From an uncultured Bacteroidales bacterium (GTDB lineage Bacteria; Bacteroidota; Bacteroidia; Bacteroidales; DASQZP01): a DNA stretch of 64,000 bases. The position numbers were made by a program, and so were the translations under genes. Below the pieces are notes generated by a model, which ran no database searches, was not told the origin of the DNA, and saw only the letters and a program-made list of their open reading frames with translations. Positions 17,353-26,698 of this stretch are shown in pieces. Numbering within the stretch: position 1 is the stretch's first letter; every line of letters starts with the position of its first letter. The stretch lies in the NCBI GenBank assembly GCA_963783315.1, contig CAWAMZ010000018.1, positions 12,107-76,106 of the forward strand, given 5' to 3'.

Positions 17353-19782
17353 CTATTCGTACCGCAAGGATTCAGCCGGATTTTTTACCGAAGCTTTAAA
17401 AGCCTGAAAAGAAATCGTTGCGATAGCGATTACAAAGATCAACAACGTTGCCAGAATAAAATACCATGGATTAAGCCCTATGCGGTAAGCAAAATCCTGC
17501 AACCACCTGCTCATAACATACCATGAAAGGGCCCATCCAAGCATGGTTGCAATCAGAATATACTTTACCGTTTCCCAGGAAAGTTTCCTGATAATCGAAA
17601 TAACACTGGCGCCCAAAATTTTTCGGATACCAATTTCTTTTGTCCGTTGTTCTGATGTATAGGAAATTAAACCAATCAGGCCAAGCGATGCAATAAAGAT
17701 ACTCAGAATAGTAAAAATGAAGGATATTTTACTTGTTCGCTGTTCTTCCTGGTATAGTTGATTGAACCTCTCATTCAGGAAAAAATAATTCATCGGATAA
17801 TCATCTGCCATTTCATTCCATACACCTTCAATTTTGCTGATTGTCCCTTTTATATCTGTAGAATTTAATCGAATAGTATAATAACCACCCCATCCCATAT
17901 CCAGCGGTTTGAACATCAGCCCGTAGGTTCCGATTTTCTTCTCCAGCGATTCAAAATGATAATCTTTGGTTACACCAATGATGGGTACATAATGCCGCTC
18001 TTGTTCGTCACCTGGTTGAATAAGCCGGGTATTCAGCGGATCTTTGATCCCCAGTTTATCAAGTCCGGTCTGGTTAAGAATCATAGCAAGTGTGTCACCC
18101 GGAAAATCTTTTGAAAAGAAACGGCCATCCTCAAGTTCAATCCCGTAGGTTTTCAGAAAGTCGTAATCCACCCAGTTAATCATAATCAGCACTGTATTGG
18201 TAGCTTTTTGCCCCTCAATCATAAACCCGTTGTTATTATTCGGATAGCCAGGTATGGCGGTTGAGTTGGTGGCACTTACAACGCCCGGAATCGTAAGCAG
18301 TTCCTGCTTGAAAACTTCCCTTTTTTTACCAATTGCCTCTGCCCTTTCAAGGACCAGCATATGTTCCTTATGAAATCCGAGATCTACATTTTGCATGTAG
18401 GTTAACTGCTTATTTATGACAATTGTACCTATAAGAATAACAATTGCAATAAAAAACTGAAACACTACAAGCCCCCCGCGCAGTGTGCTGTTCCCTCCTC
18501 TTTTTCTGATAACTTTCCCTTTCAGCACATTGACCGGTTTGAAAGAAGAAAGATATACTGCAGGGTACAGACCAGCAATCAAACCGGTAAATACTGCTAT
18601 CCCAACCACGGCTGGAATGAAATACCAGTGTTCGAAATAACCAAGCCTCAGGCTCAAATGAAGCAGATTATTAAAATATGGTAAAACAAGCTCAAGTATA
18701 ATTAAAGCTCCGGCAAGACTTAACAGACTAAGCAAAATACTTTCAGTAAGAAATTGCCCGATCAGCAATCGCCTGTCAGAGCCAACTACCTTCCGTATCC
18801 CTATCTCACGAGCTCTTTTGGCAGACCTGGCTGTTGCCAGATTCATGAAATTAATGCAGGCAATAACCAGGATAAACAGTGCAACAAAAGCAAAAATGTA
18901 AATGTATTGTTTATTGTTTGAAGGCTTCAAATCATGATCAATGTCTGTATTCAAATGTATATCAGTAAGAGGTTGAAGAAAATATCCATAACGGTTGCCA
19001 CTGGCCACAAAATCATCAATGGTTATTCCAAGGATCTGTTCAATCTGTGGCCCGGCGTATTTCCTGATCATATCAGGAAATTTAGCTTCGAGTTCAGCTG
19101 CATTTGTCCCTGGCTTCAGCATCAGATAGGTATAAAAACTGTTATTCAACCACATGGTTGAATTACTCATACTCAATGTATGAAATGAGGCCAGTATATC
19201 AGCATCAAAATGAGAGTTTGAAGGCACTTCTTCCATAATGCCGGTAACAGTATAATAGGCAGTATCCTGATTAAACCTTATCATCTTCCCAACAGGGTCT
19301 TCATCTCCGAAAATTCTCTTCGCCGCGCTGGGTGTAACTACTACACTGTACTTTTTTGTCAGTACTTCATGTGGATCTCCTTTAATAAGAGGAATGGAAA
19401 AAATATTGAAAAAGGAGGAATCAACGAATAACATGCTTTTCTCAATAAACTTTTTGTCCTTATACTTTATAAGCATGTTCCCCTGTTCCCGAACCCGTGC
19501 ACTGTATTCTACCTCAGGGAAATCCTTTTTAAGCGTTGAGGCCATCGGAGCAGGCGTCCACGCTGCATGAATGACATTTTCTCCCATCTGGCCATCCATA
19601 TAAACCCGGTAAATACGGTCATAATTTTTATAACACTTATCGTAACTCAATTCATTCATAATAAAAATGAAAATGAGTATGGCGCTGGCAAGTCCAATAG
19701 CCAACCCAAGAATATTGATTATTGAATAACCCTTTTGCCTTGTAAAATTGCGGTATGTTACCTTAAAAAAGTTTCTGATCAT
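17353..19782 (-). CDS. MacB/FtsX-family ABC transporter permease (double FtsX module)
   Basis: 809 aa. It has an N-terminal TM, a large periplasmic domain, a 4-TM FtsX module, a second periplasmic domain and a second FtsX module. This is the typical Bacteroidetes ABC permease architecture. No ATPase gene is adjacent. Confidence 0.8.
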   Translation of the reverse strand: MIRNFFKVTYRNFTRQKGYSIINILGLAIGLASAILIFIFIMNELSYDKCYKNYDRIYRVYMDGQMGENVIHAAWTPAPMASTLKKDFPEVEYSARVREQGNMLIKYKDKKFIEKSMLFVDSSFFNIFSIPLIKGDPHEVLTKKYSVVVTPSAAKRIFGDEDPVGKMIRFNQDTAYYTVTGIMEEVPSNSHFDADILASFHTLSMSNSTMWLNNSFYTYLMLKPGTNAAELEAKFPDMIRKYAGPQIEQILGITIDDFVASGNRYGYFLQPLTDIHLNTDIDHDLKPSNNKQYIYIFAFVALFILVIACINFMNLATARSAKRAREIGIRKVVGSDRRLLIGQFLTESILLSLLSLAGALIILELVLPYFNNLLHLSLRLGYFEHWYFIPAVVGIAVFTGLIAGLYPAVYLSSFKPVNVLKGKVIRKRGGNSTLRGGLVVFQFFIAIVILIGTIVINKQLTYMQNVDLGFHKEHMLVLERAEAIGKKREVFKQELLTIPGVVSATNSTAIPGYPNNNNGFMIEGQKATNTVLIMINWVDYDFLKTYGIELEDGRFFSKDFPGDTLAMILNQTGLDKLGIKDPLNTRLIQPGDEQERHYVPIIGVTKDYHFESLEKKIGTYGLMFKPLDMGWGGYYTIRLNSTDIKGTISKIEGVWNEMADDYPMNYFFLNERFNQLYQEEQRTSKISFIFTILSIFIASLGLIGLISYTSEQRTKEIGIRKILGASVISIIRKLSWETVKYILIATMLGWALSWYVMSRWLQDFAYRIGLNPWYFILATLLIFVIAIATISFQAFKASVKNPAESLRYE

Positions 19783-20079
19783 ACTTGGTTTGATTTATCC
19801 GTCAAAATTAAACAAATTTCAATCTGTTTTTTTAAATGTTTATTTGTTTCTTAAGCGGGAGATGCGAAATTTAAGTGATTAATTAATAGTTAAATAGAAA
19901 AATTGTTGTTTTCTTGTGCTGCTTTTGAATAAACATAAGACTGATGAACCTCTGTTTTTGTTACAGAATAAGATCCGAGATTGATACATTTTATCTGCTT
20001 CTATAAAAATTATTGATCAATACTACAAATTGCCTGACAAGTAAAACCTTTTTAAAAATATTCATTTAAAAGAAATTAT

Positions 20080-20087
20080 TATATTTG
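20080..20087 (+). promoter_or_regulatory. candidate -7 promoter box (TATATTTG) for PorE-like paralog 1
   Basis: Exact TAnnTTTG match ending 1 nt before the first ATG (20089). This suggests translation actually starts at a downstream in-frame ATG (20104/20110/20116). Confidence 0.3.
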
Positions 20088-20088
20088 A

Positions 20089-22257
20089 ATGAATACTGAA
20101 TCAATGATAATGAAAATGTATATCCGATTTTTAATTCCCTCCCTGCTTCTGTTTTTATGTCCATTATCTATTATTGGTCAGGAGGAAACAGAAATGCACA
20201 ATGTGTTTATGGAAGCCGAATCCTATTACCAGTATGAAGAATACCAGGATGCCCTTCCACTGTACATGAAGCTTAAAATTGATGATCCCGGCAATGAATA
20301 TCTGAATTATAAGATCGGATCGTGTTATCTTCACATTCCATTCAGACATGAGCGGGCGATCCCCTATCTGCTGAAAGCGTGTGGAAATATTGACCCAAAA
20401 GCTAAAAACGGTTCATTCAAAGAAAAAAAGGCTCCGCCAGAAGCACTTTTTAACCTTGCCAATGCCTACAGAATAAATAACCAGCTCGATAAAGCCATTG
20501 AAACTTACCTGAAGTTTAAAGACATCGCTGATCCTGAAAAATATGACTCCAAGCTTATTGATGAGCAAATCAGGTCTTGTGAAAATGCGAAGCAATTGAT
20601 GAAAGAGCCTGTTGTGTACAGGGAATATAACCTTGGTCCGGTAATTAACACCCGGTTTTCAGAAACAAATCCTGTTGTATCAGCAGACGGAAAAACACTG
20701 GTATTTGTCGCAAAGCTGCAGTTTTATGATGCTTTATTCTTCAGCAAAATGAAGGACGGGGAATGGAGTAAGCCTGTCAATCTGATTCCATATCTTGGAG
20801 TTGACGGGGATGTATATCCAACCAGCCTTTCGGCTGATGGCACTGAAATGTTCCTGTACAGAAATGATGGCTATATCGGAAATATTTATGAAAGCAAATA
20901 TTATGATGAAGAATGGCATCCCATCACTAAACTAAACGACAACATCAATACAAAATACTGGGAATCTCACGCCTGTATCAGCAATGATGCCCGCAGGCTG
21001 TATTTTACCAGTAACAGAAAAGGAGGCTTAGGCGGCCTTGATATTTACGTGTCAGAAAAAGATGCGGAAGGAAACTGGGGACCGGCCAGGAATCTCGGCC
21101 CCATAATCAACACTCCCGAAAACGAAGAAACTCCGTTTATTACAGAAAATGGTCAACGATTATATTTTAGTTCTTATGGGCACTATAATATCGGAGGATA
21201 TGACATATTTTATTCTGTTAAAAGCGACACAGGCTGGAAAACTCCGGTAAACCTGGGATATCCTGTAAATACTACTGATGACGATTTGTTTTTTATGCCG
21301 GTAAACAATGGAGCCGGTGGTTATTTTGCCACGTTTGGGGATGACACATATGGTCAAACAGATTTGTATTATTTTGATATCTATTCCGACATTAACCCCC
21401 GGAAGTTTAGGGTGAAAGGGACTATTACAGCTGCATCAGATACGGTACGAAACCAGCCTGCAGTAATATTTCTGATCAGTAACAACGGGGATACAGTTTA
21501 CAGAGTGGCTATACCAGCCGGTGAAAAGGACTATGCTTTTGATGCAACCGAAGGAAATTACTCAGTATTGATAAAGGCAAACGGATTCCGGGAGGTCAGT
21601 CAACAAATTGATCTAAAAAGAAACCTGCCATTTGAACCGGTATCACTTGACTTTAATCTATCTCCGGATCCTGCTGTTCAGTTGGCTGACACAAAAAAGG
21701 ATCCACAGATCACCCCTGAAATTATCATCCCGAAGATCTCCCTAAAACCAATACCTGGTGAAGATGTTTCAATACCGCTTCAGTTTAACACACCAGGAAT
21801 GCTGAGGATCGAACGATACGTTAACGGCCGGCTGATATCCGACAAGGTGGAAAAAGTCACCAGCGGACATTTTGACTACCGATACAGGGCTGCTAAGTGG
21901 AATACCCTTTTGAAGTTTACACTGACTGCAGCAGATGGTAATACAACAACTGCCAGTGTCAACATCAGCGTGAATACCAGGCAGGCTGAAGACAAAAAAC
22001 ATATTTCAACTGTAAAAGCCGAAATTCCAGACTCAGCTAATGCTGCTGAAAAATACACGGCAATGGAAGATTCTGACCATATTGCTTCTAAAGAGACAGC
22101 AAAAGATATTGTATCAGAGACAGGATTCATTTCTGAAAAGGATACTTATTCCCATATCTCAAACTACAGAATCTGGCTTACCATGGCCGTTAGCCTCTTT
22201 GCTGTTTTTCTGCTAATACTTTTCTTTTACAGAAAGCGTAAAAATAAAGAAGACTGA
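20089..22257 (+). CDS. PorE-like envelope protein, paralog 1: signal peptide, TPR, PD40/TolB-like propeller, CarboxypepD_reg-like domain, unknown region, C-terminal TM anchor
   Basis: Shares long motif blocks with the next three genes (NYKIGSCYLHIP, APPEALFNLANAYRINNQL, FYDALFF, YFTSNRKGGLGGLDIY, GHYNIGGYDIFY, WKTPVNLGYPVNTTDDD). It ends in the TM helix IWLTMAVSLFAVFLLILFFY followed by RKRKNKED. The true start may be Met 6-10 of the listed ORF. Confidence 0.8.
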   Translation: MNTESMIMKMYIRFLIPSLLLFLCPLSIIGQEETEMHNVFMEAESYYQYEEYQDALPLYMKLKIDDPGNEYLNYKIGSCYLHIPFRHERAIPYLLKACGNIDPKAKNGSFKEKKAPPEALFNLANAYRINNQLDKAIETYLKFKDIADPEKYDSKLIDEQIRSCENAKQLMKEPVVYREYNLGPVINTRFSETNPVVSADGKTLVFVAKLQFYDALFFSKMKDGEWSKPVNLIPYLGVDGDVYPTSLSADGTEMFLYRNDGYIGNIYESKYYDEEWHPITKLNDNINTKYWESHACISNDARRLYFTSNRKGGLGGLDIYVSEKDAEGNWGPARNLGPIINTPENEETPFITENGQRLYFSSYGHYNIGGYDIFYSVKSDTGWKTPVNLGYPVNTTDDDLFFMPVNNGAGGYFATFGDDTYGQTDLYYFDIYSDINPRKFRVKGTITAASDTVRNQPAVIFLISNNGDTVYRVAIPAGEKDYAFDATEGNYSVLIKANGFREVSQQIDLKRNLPFEPVSLDFNLSPDPAVQLADTKKDPQITPEIIIPKISLKPIPGEDVSIPLQFNTPGMLRIERYVNGRLISDKVEKVTSGHFDYRYRAAKWNTLLKFTLTAADGNTTTASVNISVNTRQAEDKKHISTVKAEIPDSANAAEKYTAMEDSDHIASKETAKDIVSETGFISEKDTYSHISNYRIWLTMAVSLFAVFLLILFFYRKRKNKED

Positions 22258-22393
22258 TGAACCAGCATTAAATTATCTTGTAAATGCCGGTTAAATTTTA
22301 GTCACTTTCTTTGTTGGACCGGGAAATAATTATCTTTATGCCTGTTGATATGAAATATACACAAACAATTATTTATTGAAAGATACCAGTAAT

Positions 22394-24412
22394 ATGGCAT
22401 ACAGGCTGATTTTTTTTATTGTTATATCCTCTTTGTTTACAATTCGTATCAGCGGACAGTTTTCATACATACCCGAAGAAATGTTCGCTGATGCCAATGA
22501 TTTTATTGTTTCAGAAGAATACAGAGATGCTTTGGCATTGTTCCAGCGACTCCAGGCTGATGGGTATGACAATCCCAACATTACTTACCTTGAAGGAATT
22601 TGCTACCTTAATATTCCGGGACAACAGGAACGTGCAGTATCGAGTTTTGAAGTGGCAGTCAATCATATTGATGAGGAATATAAACAGAATGACCTTAAAG
22701 AAACCGGGGCTCCTCCGGTTGCAAAATTTTACCTGGGAATTGCTTACCGGCTTGATGAACGTATTTCAGAAGCCCTGAATGTATTTCATAATTTAACAAA
22801 AGACTGGCCAGCCAGCGACAGCCAGATGCACCAAAAAATCAGACATGAAATCGGGATCTGCAACACAGCAGACAAACTAATGAAACATCCGGTTGAATGT
22901 ACGTTTCAAAATGCCGGACCACTTGTAAACACTCCCTATAATAATTTCAATCCTGTAACCACTCCTGATGAAAAGGAATTGTATTACATGTCGGAGCTAA
23001 AATTTTATGATGCATTCGTAAAAAGTAACAAAACAGGTGGTACATGGTCGGAGGGAAAAAACCTCTCCAGTGCAATCAAGTCTGACGGCTCTTTTTATAT
23101 TACCGGAATTTCTTCCGATGGAAAAACATTATTGTTTCATTCCTTTACTATGTTTTCCGGAGAAGATATATACGAGGCTGTGGTTGATGGCGGAAAATGG
23201 TCAAAACCTGTTAAACTGGACAGCACGGTTAATACAGGTTTCATTGAAAACCATGCTTCATTTTCACCCGATGGAAAGACACTGTATTTCACCAGCAGCA
23301 GAACAGGCGGTTATGGAGGCCTGGATATTTATTCATCCAAAATGGGCAAAGACGGACACTGGTCACAACCAGTTAATCTGGGTCCCGCTGTTAATACTGT
23401 ATATGATGATATTGCCCCGTTTATGTCACCTGATGGGAAACGATTATTTTTTGCTTCGGCCGGCCATGAAAATATGGGTGGATTTGATCTTTTTACAGCA
23501 CAAAAAGATTCCACAGGAGGCTGGTCTAACCCGGTTAACCTGGGATACCCGCTCAATACAACAGCTGATAATGAATTTTTCTTCCCTGTAAATGACACAA
23601 CTGGTTATATTTTTGCCTACAGGGATGACAGTTATGGTGAAGAAGATATATACCGGGTGACAATTCAGGATTTATTCAGGAAAGGGATTATTCCTTTTAC
23701 AATAACTGTTCAACAAAAAAACATTTCCGGAGTATCCGAACAAGCTAAATTATATGTAGTTGACATACTGAACAAAGATACCATACAGCCTGAAAACACC
23801 AGGGAAGATATGTATTTCTTCAGAATTCCTGAAGGTAATTATCTGCTTTATGCAGAAGCCGATCATTTTGAACCATTCAGGCAATCAGTTTCTGTATCAC
23901 AATCCGGCGAAAACGATCTTGTGATTACTCTGACACCTCTGATGAAAGGCCTGCCCGAAATCGCTGAAAAAACAAATGAGCAATCGGATTCACTTTTATC
24001 CAAAACATTAAAGCTCCCCGGAATCATACTTTTTCCTTTTGACGATGCCGCGCTTACAGATATTGCTGTTAAAAAGCTGGACAGCATCATAAGTATCATG
24101 CAGGACTATCCTGAATTAATGATCACTGTAACCGGTAAAGCCGATGCCAAAGGACCTGCCGTCTACAATCAAAATCTTTCTGAACAACGGGCCAAAGCTG
24201 TCAGTAAATACCTGCAGAAACAAGGGATATTGTCAGAACGGATAACAACCAAAGCCACCGGAGAAGAACAGCCACTGGTAAACAATCAACATCCCGATGG
24301 GACAGACAATATTGAGGGCCGGAAATGGAACCGGTCTGTTGTCATTGAAGCAACCGACAGCTCTCCTTCTCTTATTATTTTCAGAAAGCCGGCAATACCT
24401 GCTGGCCAATGA
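22394..24412 (+). CDS. PorE-like envelope protein, paralog 2: TPR, PD40 propeller, CarboxypepD_reg-like, OmpA_C peptidoglycan-binding domain
   Basis: Same core motifs as paralog 1. The C-terminal OmpA_C pattern is ITVTGKADAKGPAVYNQNLSEQRAKAVSKYL ... PDGTDNIEGRKWNRSVV. The listed ORF starts at a TTG, and the start is moved to ATG 22394 (MAYRLIFFIV signal peptide). Confidence 0.8.
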   Translation: MAYRLIFFIVISSLFTIRISGQFSYIPEEMFADANDFIVSEEYRDALALFQRLQADGYDNPNITYLEGICYLNIPGQQERAVSSFEVAVNHIDEEYKQNDLKETGAPPVAKFYLGIAYRLDERISEALNVFHNLTKDWPASDSQMHQKIRHEIGICNTADKLMKHPVECTFQNAGPLVNTPYNNFNPVTTPDEKELYYMSELKFYDAFVKSNKTGGTWSEGKNLSSAIKSDGSFYITGISSDGKTLLFHSFTMFSGEDIYEAVVDGGKWSKPVKLDSTVNTGFIENHASFSPDGKTLYFTSSRTGGYGGLDIYSSKMGKDGHWSQPVNLGPAVNTVYDDIAPFMSPDGKRLFFASAGHENMGGFDLFTAQKDSTGGWSNPVNLGYPLNTTADNEFFFPVNDTTGYIFAYRDDSYGEEDIYRVTIQDLFRKGIIPFTITVQQKNISGVSEQAKLYVVDILNKDTIQPENTREDMYFFRIPEGNYLLYAEADHFEPFRQSVSVSQSGENDLVITLTPLMKGLPEIAEKTNEQSDSLLSKTLKLPGIILFPFDDAALTDIAVKKLDSIISIMQDYPELMITVTGKADAKGPAVYNQNLSEQRAKAVSKYLQKQGILSERITTKATGEEQPLVNNQHPDGTDNIEGRKWNRSVVIEATDSSPSLIIFRKPAIPAGQ

Positions 24413-24652
24413 TATCCATACTATTAAATTGCATGGCTTTACAGACCTGAGTTTTTTCTGAAATGTTAACTTTTATGCAGGCTTTGCTGCAAGGGAACAA
24501 AAACGATTAAATCGTCTTAAAGTGTATTGTTTGCAGATAAATTAAGCAGTTGACTGACTGCATCTCTGTTAAATCACGATATTTCAACCCCCGGACTGTA
24601 TAATTGTTTCATAATTAATTATATAATTTTTATGTTGTTATGATTTAATTCT

Positions 24653-24660
24653 TAAATTTG
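24653..24660 (+). promoter_or_regulatory. candidate -7 promoter box (TAAATTTG) for PorE-like paralog 3
   Basis: Exact TAnnTTTG match 25 nt upstream of ATG 24685. It overlaps the TTG that opens the listed ORF, which supports the shorter start. Confidence 0.35.
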
Positions 24661-24684
24661 TCTATACATGAAAATTTCCAGTAT

Positions 24685-26529
24685 ATGAAACAACTGCTAA
24701 CCCTAATTTTGTTCTGTTTTACAACCCTTCAGTTTTCTTATTCACAAGAAGCACAGGAAGCGCTCAGACAGGTTTTTAATGACGCCGAGTATTTTCTGGT
24801 TGAGGAATCATACCCGGATGCTCTTGCAGAATATCAAAAACTTTATAAGAGAGGGTTTGATAATGCCAATATTAATTATAAGATTGGTGTCTGCTATGTG
24901 AATATGCCGGGAGAAAAAGAAAAAGCGATTGCGTATTTGCAGAAAGCCGTTCAGAACGTCACAGAGAATTATGGAGAAGGATCCTTCGGAGAGACGAGGG
25001 CACCGTATGACGCTTATCTTTATTTGGGGAATGCCTACCGGGTAACAAACCAGCTTGAAAATGCGATTTTGGCATACAAAAAATACAAAGAATTACTGAC
25101 AGGTAAAAAAGAATCTCAAAATATTGAATACGCTGATCAGCAAATTACATCCTGCAAAAATGCCATTGAGGCAATGAAGCATCCGGTTGATGTATCTATT
25201 ACAAACCTGGGAAGCCCGGTCAATAATTCTTCTTATAATTATAAACCAGTTGTTTCATCTGATGAAAATATTATCGCTTACATGCAACATCTGCCCTTCT
25301 ATGAAGCAATTTATATGTCTGTCAAATCAGACGGGAAATGGCAAACCCCTGTAAATCTCACACCGGTTATCCGATCAGACGGCGATTATCGTACCTCATC
25401 CATTACTACTGACGGGAAAAAGATGTTCCTGACCCGAGAGGATAATTATAACAGTGATGTTTACGTGACTGACAACATAGATGACACCTGGACATTACCC
25501 GTTATGCTGGGTAAAAAAGTAAATACCAAGTACTGGGAATCAAATGCCAGTGTAACAAGTGACGGAAAGACTTTGTATTTTGCCAGTAACCGCAAGGAAA
25601 GCAAGGGAGGTACTGATATTTTTAAATCAGAGTTGCAGGATGATGGTACCTGGGGTGACCCCGTAGATCTGGGAGAAAATATTAATACTAATTTGAATGA
25701 AGACAGCCCTTTCGTCACCGAAGATGGGAAGAGGCTGTATTTCAGTTCGCAGGGACATTACAATATTGGCGGATATGATATTTTTTATTGTACCCGAAAC
25801 ACAGATGGTTCCTGGTCAAAACCTGTAAACATAGGTTTTCCGGTAAATACTACTGATGATGATATTTTCTTTGTCCCGGTAAAAAACGGGGAAGCAGGAT
25901 ATATGGCGCGCTTTGATGACAACAGCCTTGGTGCAGACGATATATACCGCATTTCATTTACACCTAAAGTTGTGGAAGAACCAGAAATGCTTACTGAAGA
26001 GTCTGCTGAACCTCCGGAACTGGAAGAGAAGAATCCTCCACAAGTACCTGTTGCTGAAAAACCCAGGGAAGAAGCTTCGGAAAAGGAGAAAGCCGTACCG
26101 GCAAAAGCAGAGAAACCAGTTATAATTCACAGCATTTTGTTTGGATTCGACTCATACCAGTTAACTCCACAAGCAAAAGAAAAACTGGATATTCTTATAA
26201 AAGCCCTGAAGGAACATAAAAAGGTTGTCATAATGATAACCGGACATACCGATTCAAGAGGTCCTGCAAGCTACAATATAACTCTCTCGCTCAAACGTGC
26301 ACAGAGCGTTGCTGATTATCTTAAGCAAGAGGGAATAAATCCTGACCGGTTGAACGTCAAAGGTGTGGGTGAGGAAAACCCGGCTGGTATTAATACTAAT
26401 CCTGATGGAACAGATAACCCGGAAGGACGCAGCTATAACCGCAGGGTTTCATTTTCCATAACCAGCGGAGGAGAAGGATATATTATTTTTAAACCTGTGG
26501 AAGTACCGGAAAATTTAAAAGCAAAATAA
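24685..26529 (+). CDS. PorE-like envelope protein, paralog 3: TPR, PD40 propeller, Pro/Glu/Lys-rich linker, OmpA_C domain
   Basis: Core motifs are conserved (NYKIGVCYVNMPG, LYLGNAYRVTNQL, GHYNIGGYDIFY, WSKPVNIGFPVNTTDDD). The linker is EEPEMLTEESAEPPELEEKNPPQVPVAEKPREEASEKEKAVPAKAEKP. The OmpA_C pattern is ITGHTDSRGPASYNITLSLKRAQSVADYL ... NRRV. Confidence 0.85.
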   Translation: MKQLLTLILFCFTTLQFSYSQEAQEALRQVFNDAEYFLVEESYPDALAEYQKLYKRGFDNANINYKIGVCYVNMPGEKEKAIAYLQKAVQNVTENYGEGSFGETRAPYDAYLYLGNAYRVTNQLENAILAYKKYKELLTGKKESQNIEYADQQITSCKNAIEAMKHPVDVSITNLGSPVNNSSYNYKPVVSSDENIIAYMQHLPFYEAIYMSVKSDGKWQTPVNLTPVIRSDGDYRTSSITTDGKKMFLTREDNYNSDVYVTDNIDDTWTLPVMLGKKVNTKYWESNASVTSDGKTLYFASNRKESKGGTDIFKSELQDDGTWGDPVDLGENINTNLNEDSPFVTEDGKRLYFSSQGHYNIGGYDIFYCTRNTDGSWSKPVNIGFPVNTTDDDIFFVPVKNGEAGYMARFDDNSLGADDIYRISFTPKVVEEPEMLTEESAEPPELEEKNPPQVPVAEKPREEASEKEKAVPAKAEKPVIIHSILFGFDSYQLTPQAKEKLDILIKALKEHKKVVIMITGHTDSRGPASYNITLSLKRAQSVADYLKQEGINPDRLNVKGVGEENPAGINTNPDGTDNPEGRSYNRRVSFSITSGGEGYIIFKPVEVPENLKAK

Positions 26530-26582
26530 TCATACATTGGCCTGAAAATAATATTGAAATTTCTGAATTCTATAATTTGGAC

Positions 26583-26590
26583 TATATTTG
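26583..26590 (+). promoter_or_regulatory. candidate -7 promoter box (TATATTTG) for PorE-like paralog 4
   Basis: Exact TAnnTTTG match 109 nt upstream of ATG 26699. Confidence 0.3.
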
Positions 26591-26698
26591 CTTATATAAC
26601 TGAATTATTCTGCATTATGCAATCTGTGAGTCAGGTTGCATAATTAATTTAGCCGGATAAAGTAAAAGTAAACACTGACAATCAATTATTATACAGCG

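Noticed and set aside
23037-23591. A same-strand alternate-frame 184-aa ORF inside PorE-like paralog 2. A similar 111-aa one (27525..27860) sits at the equivalent place in paralog 4, which raised the idea of a conserved overlapping gene.
   Set aside because: The resemblance follows automatically from nucleotide paralogy of the host genes. Paralogs 1 and 3 have no equivalent open frame. The translations are Leu/His/Trp-skewed without structure. There is no independent start context.
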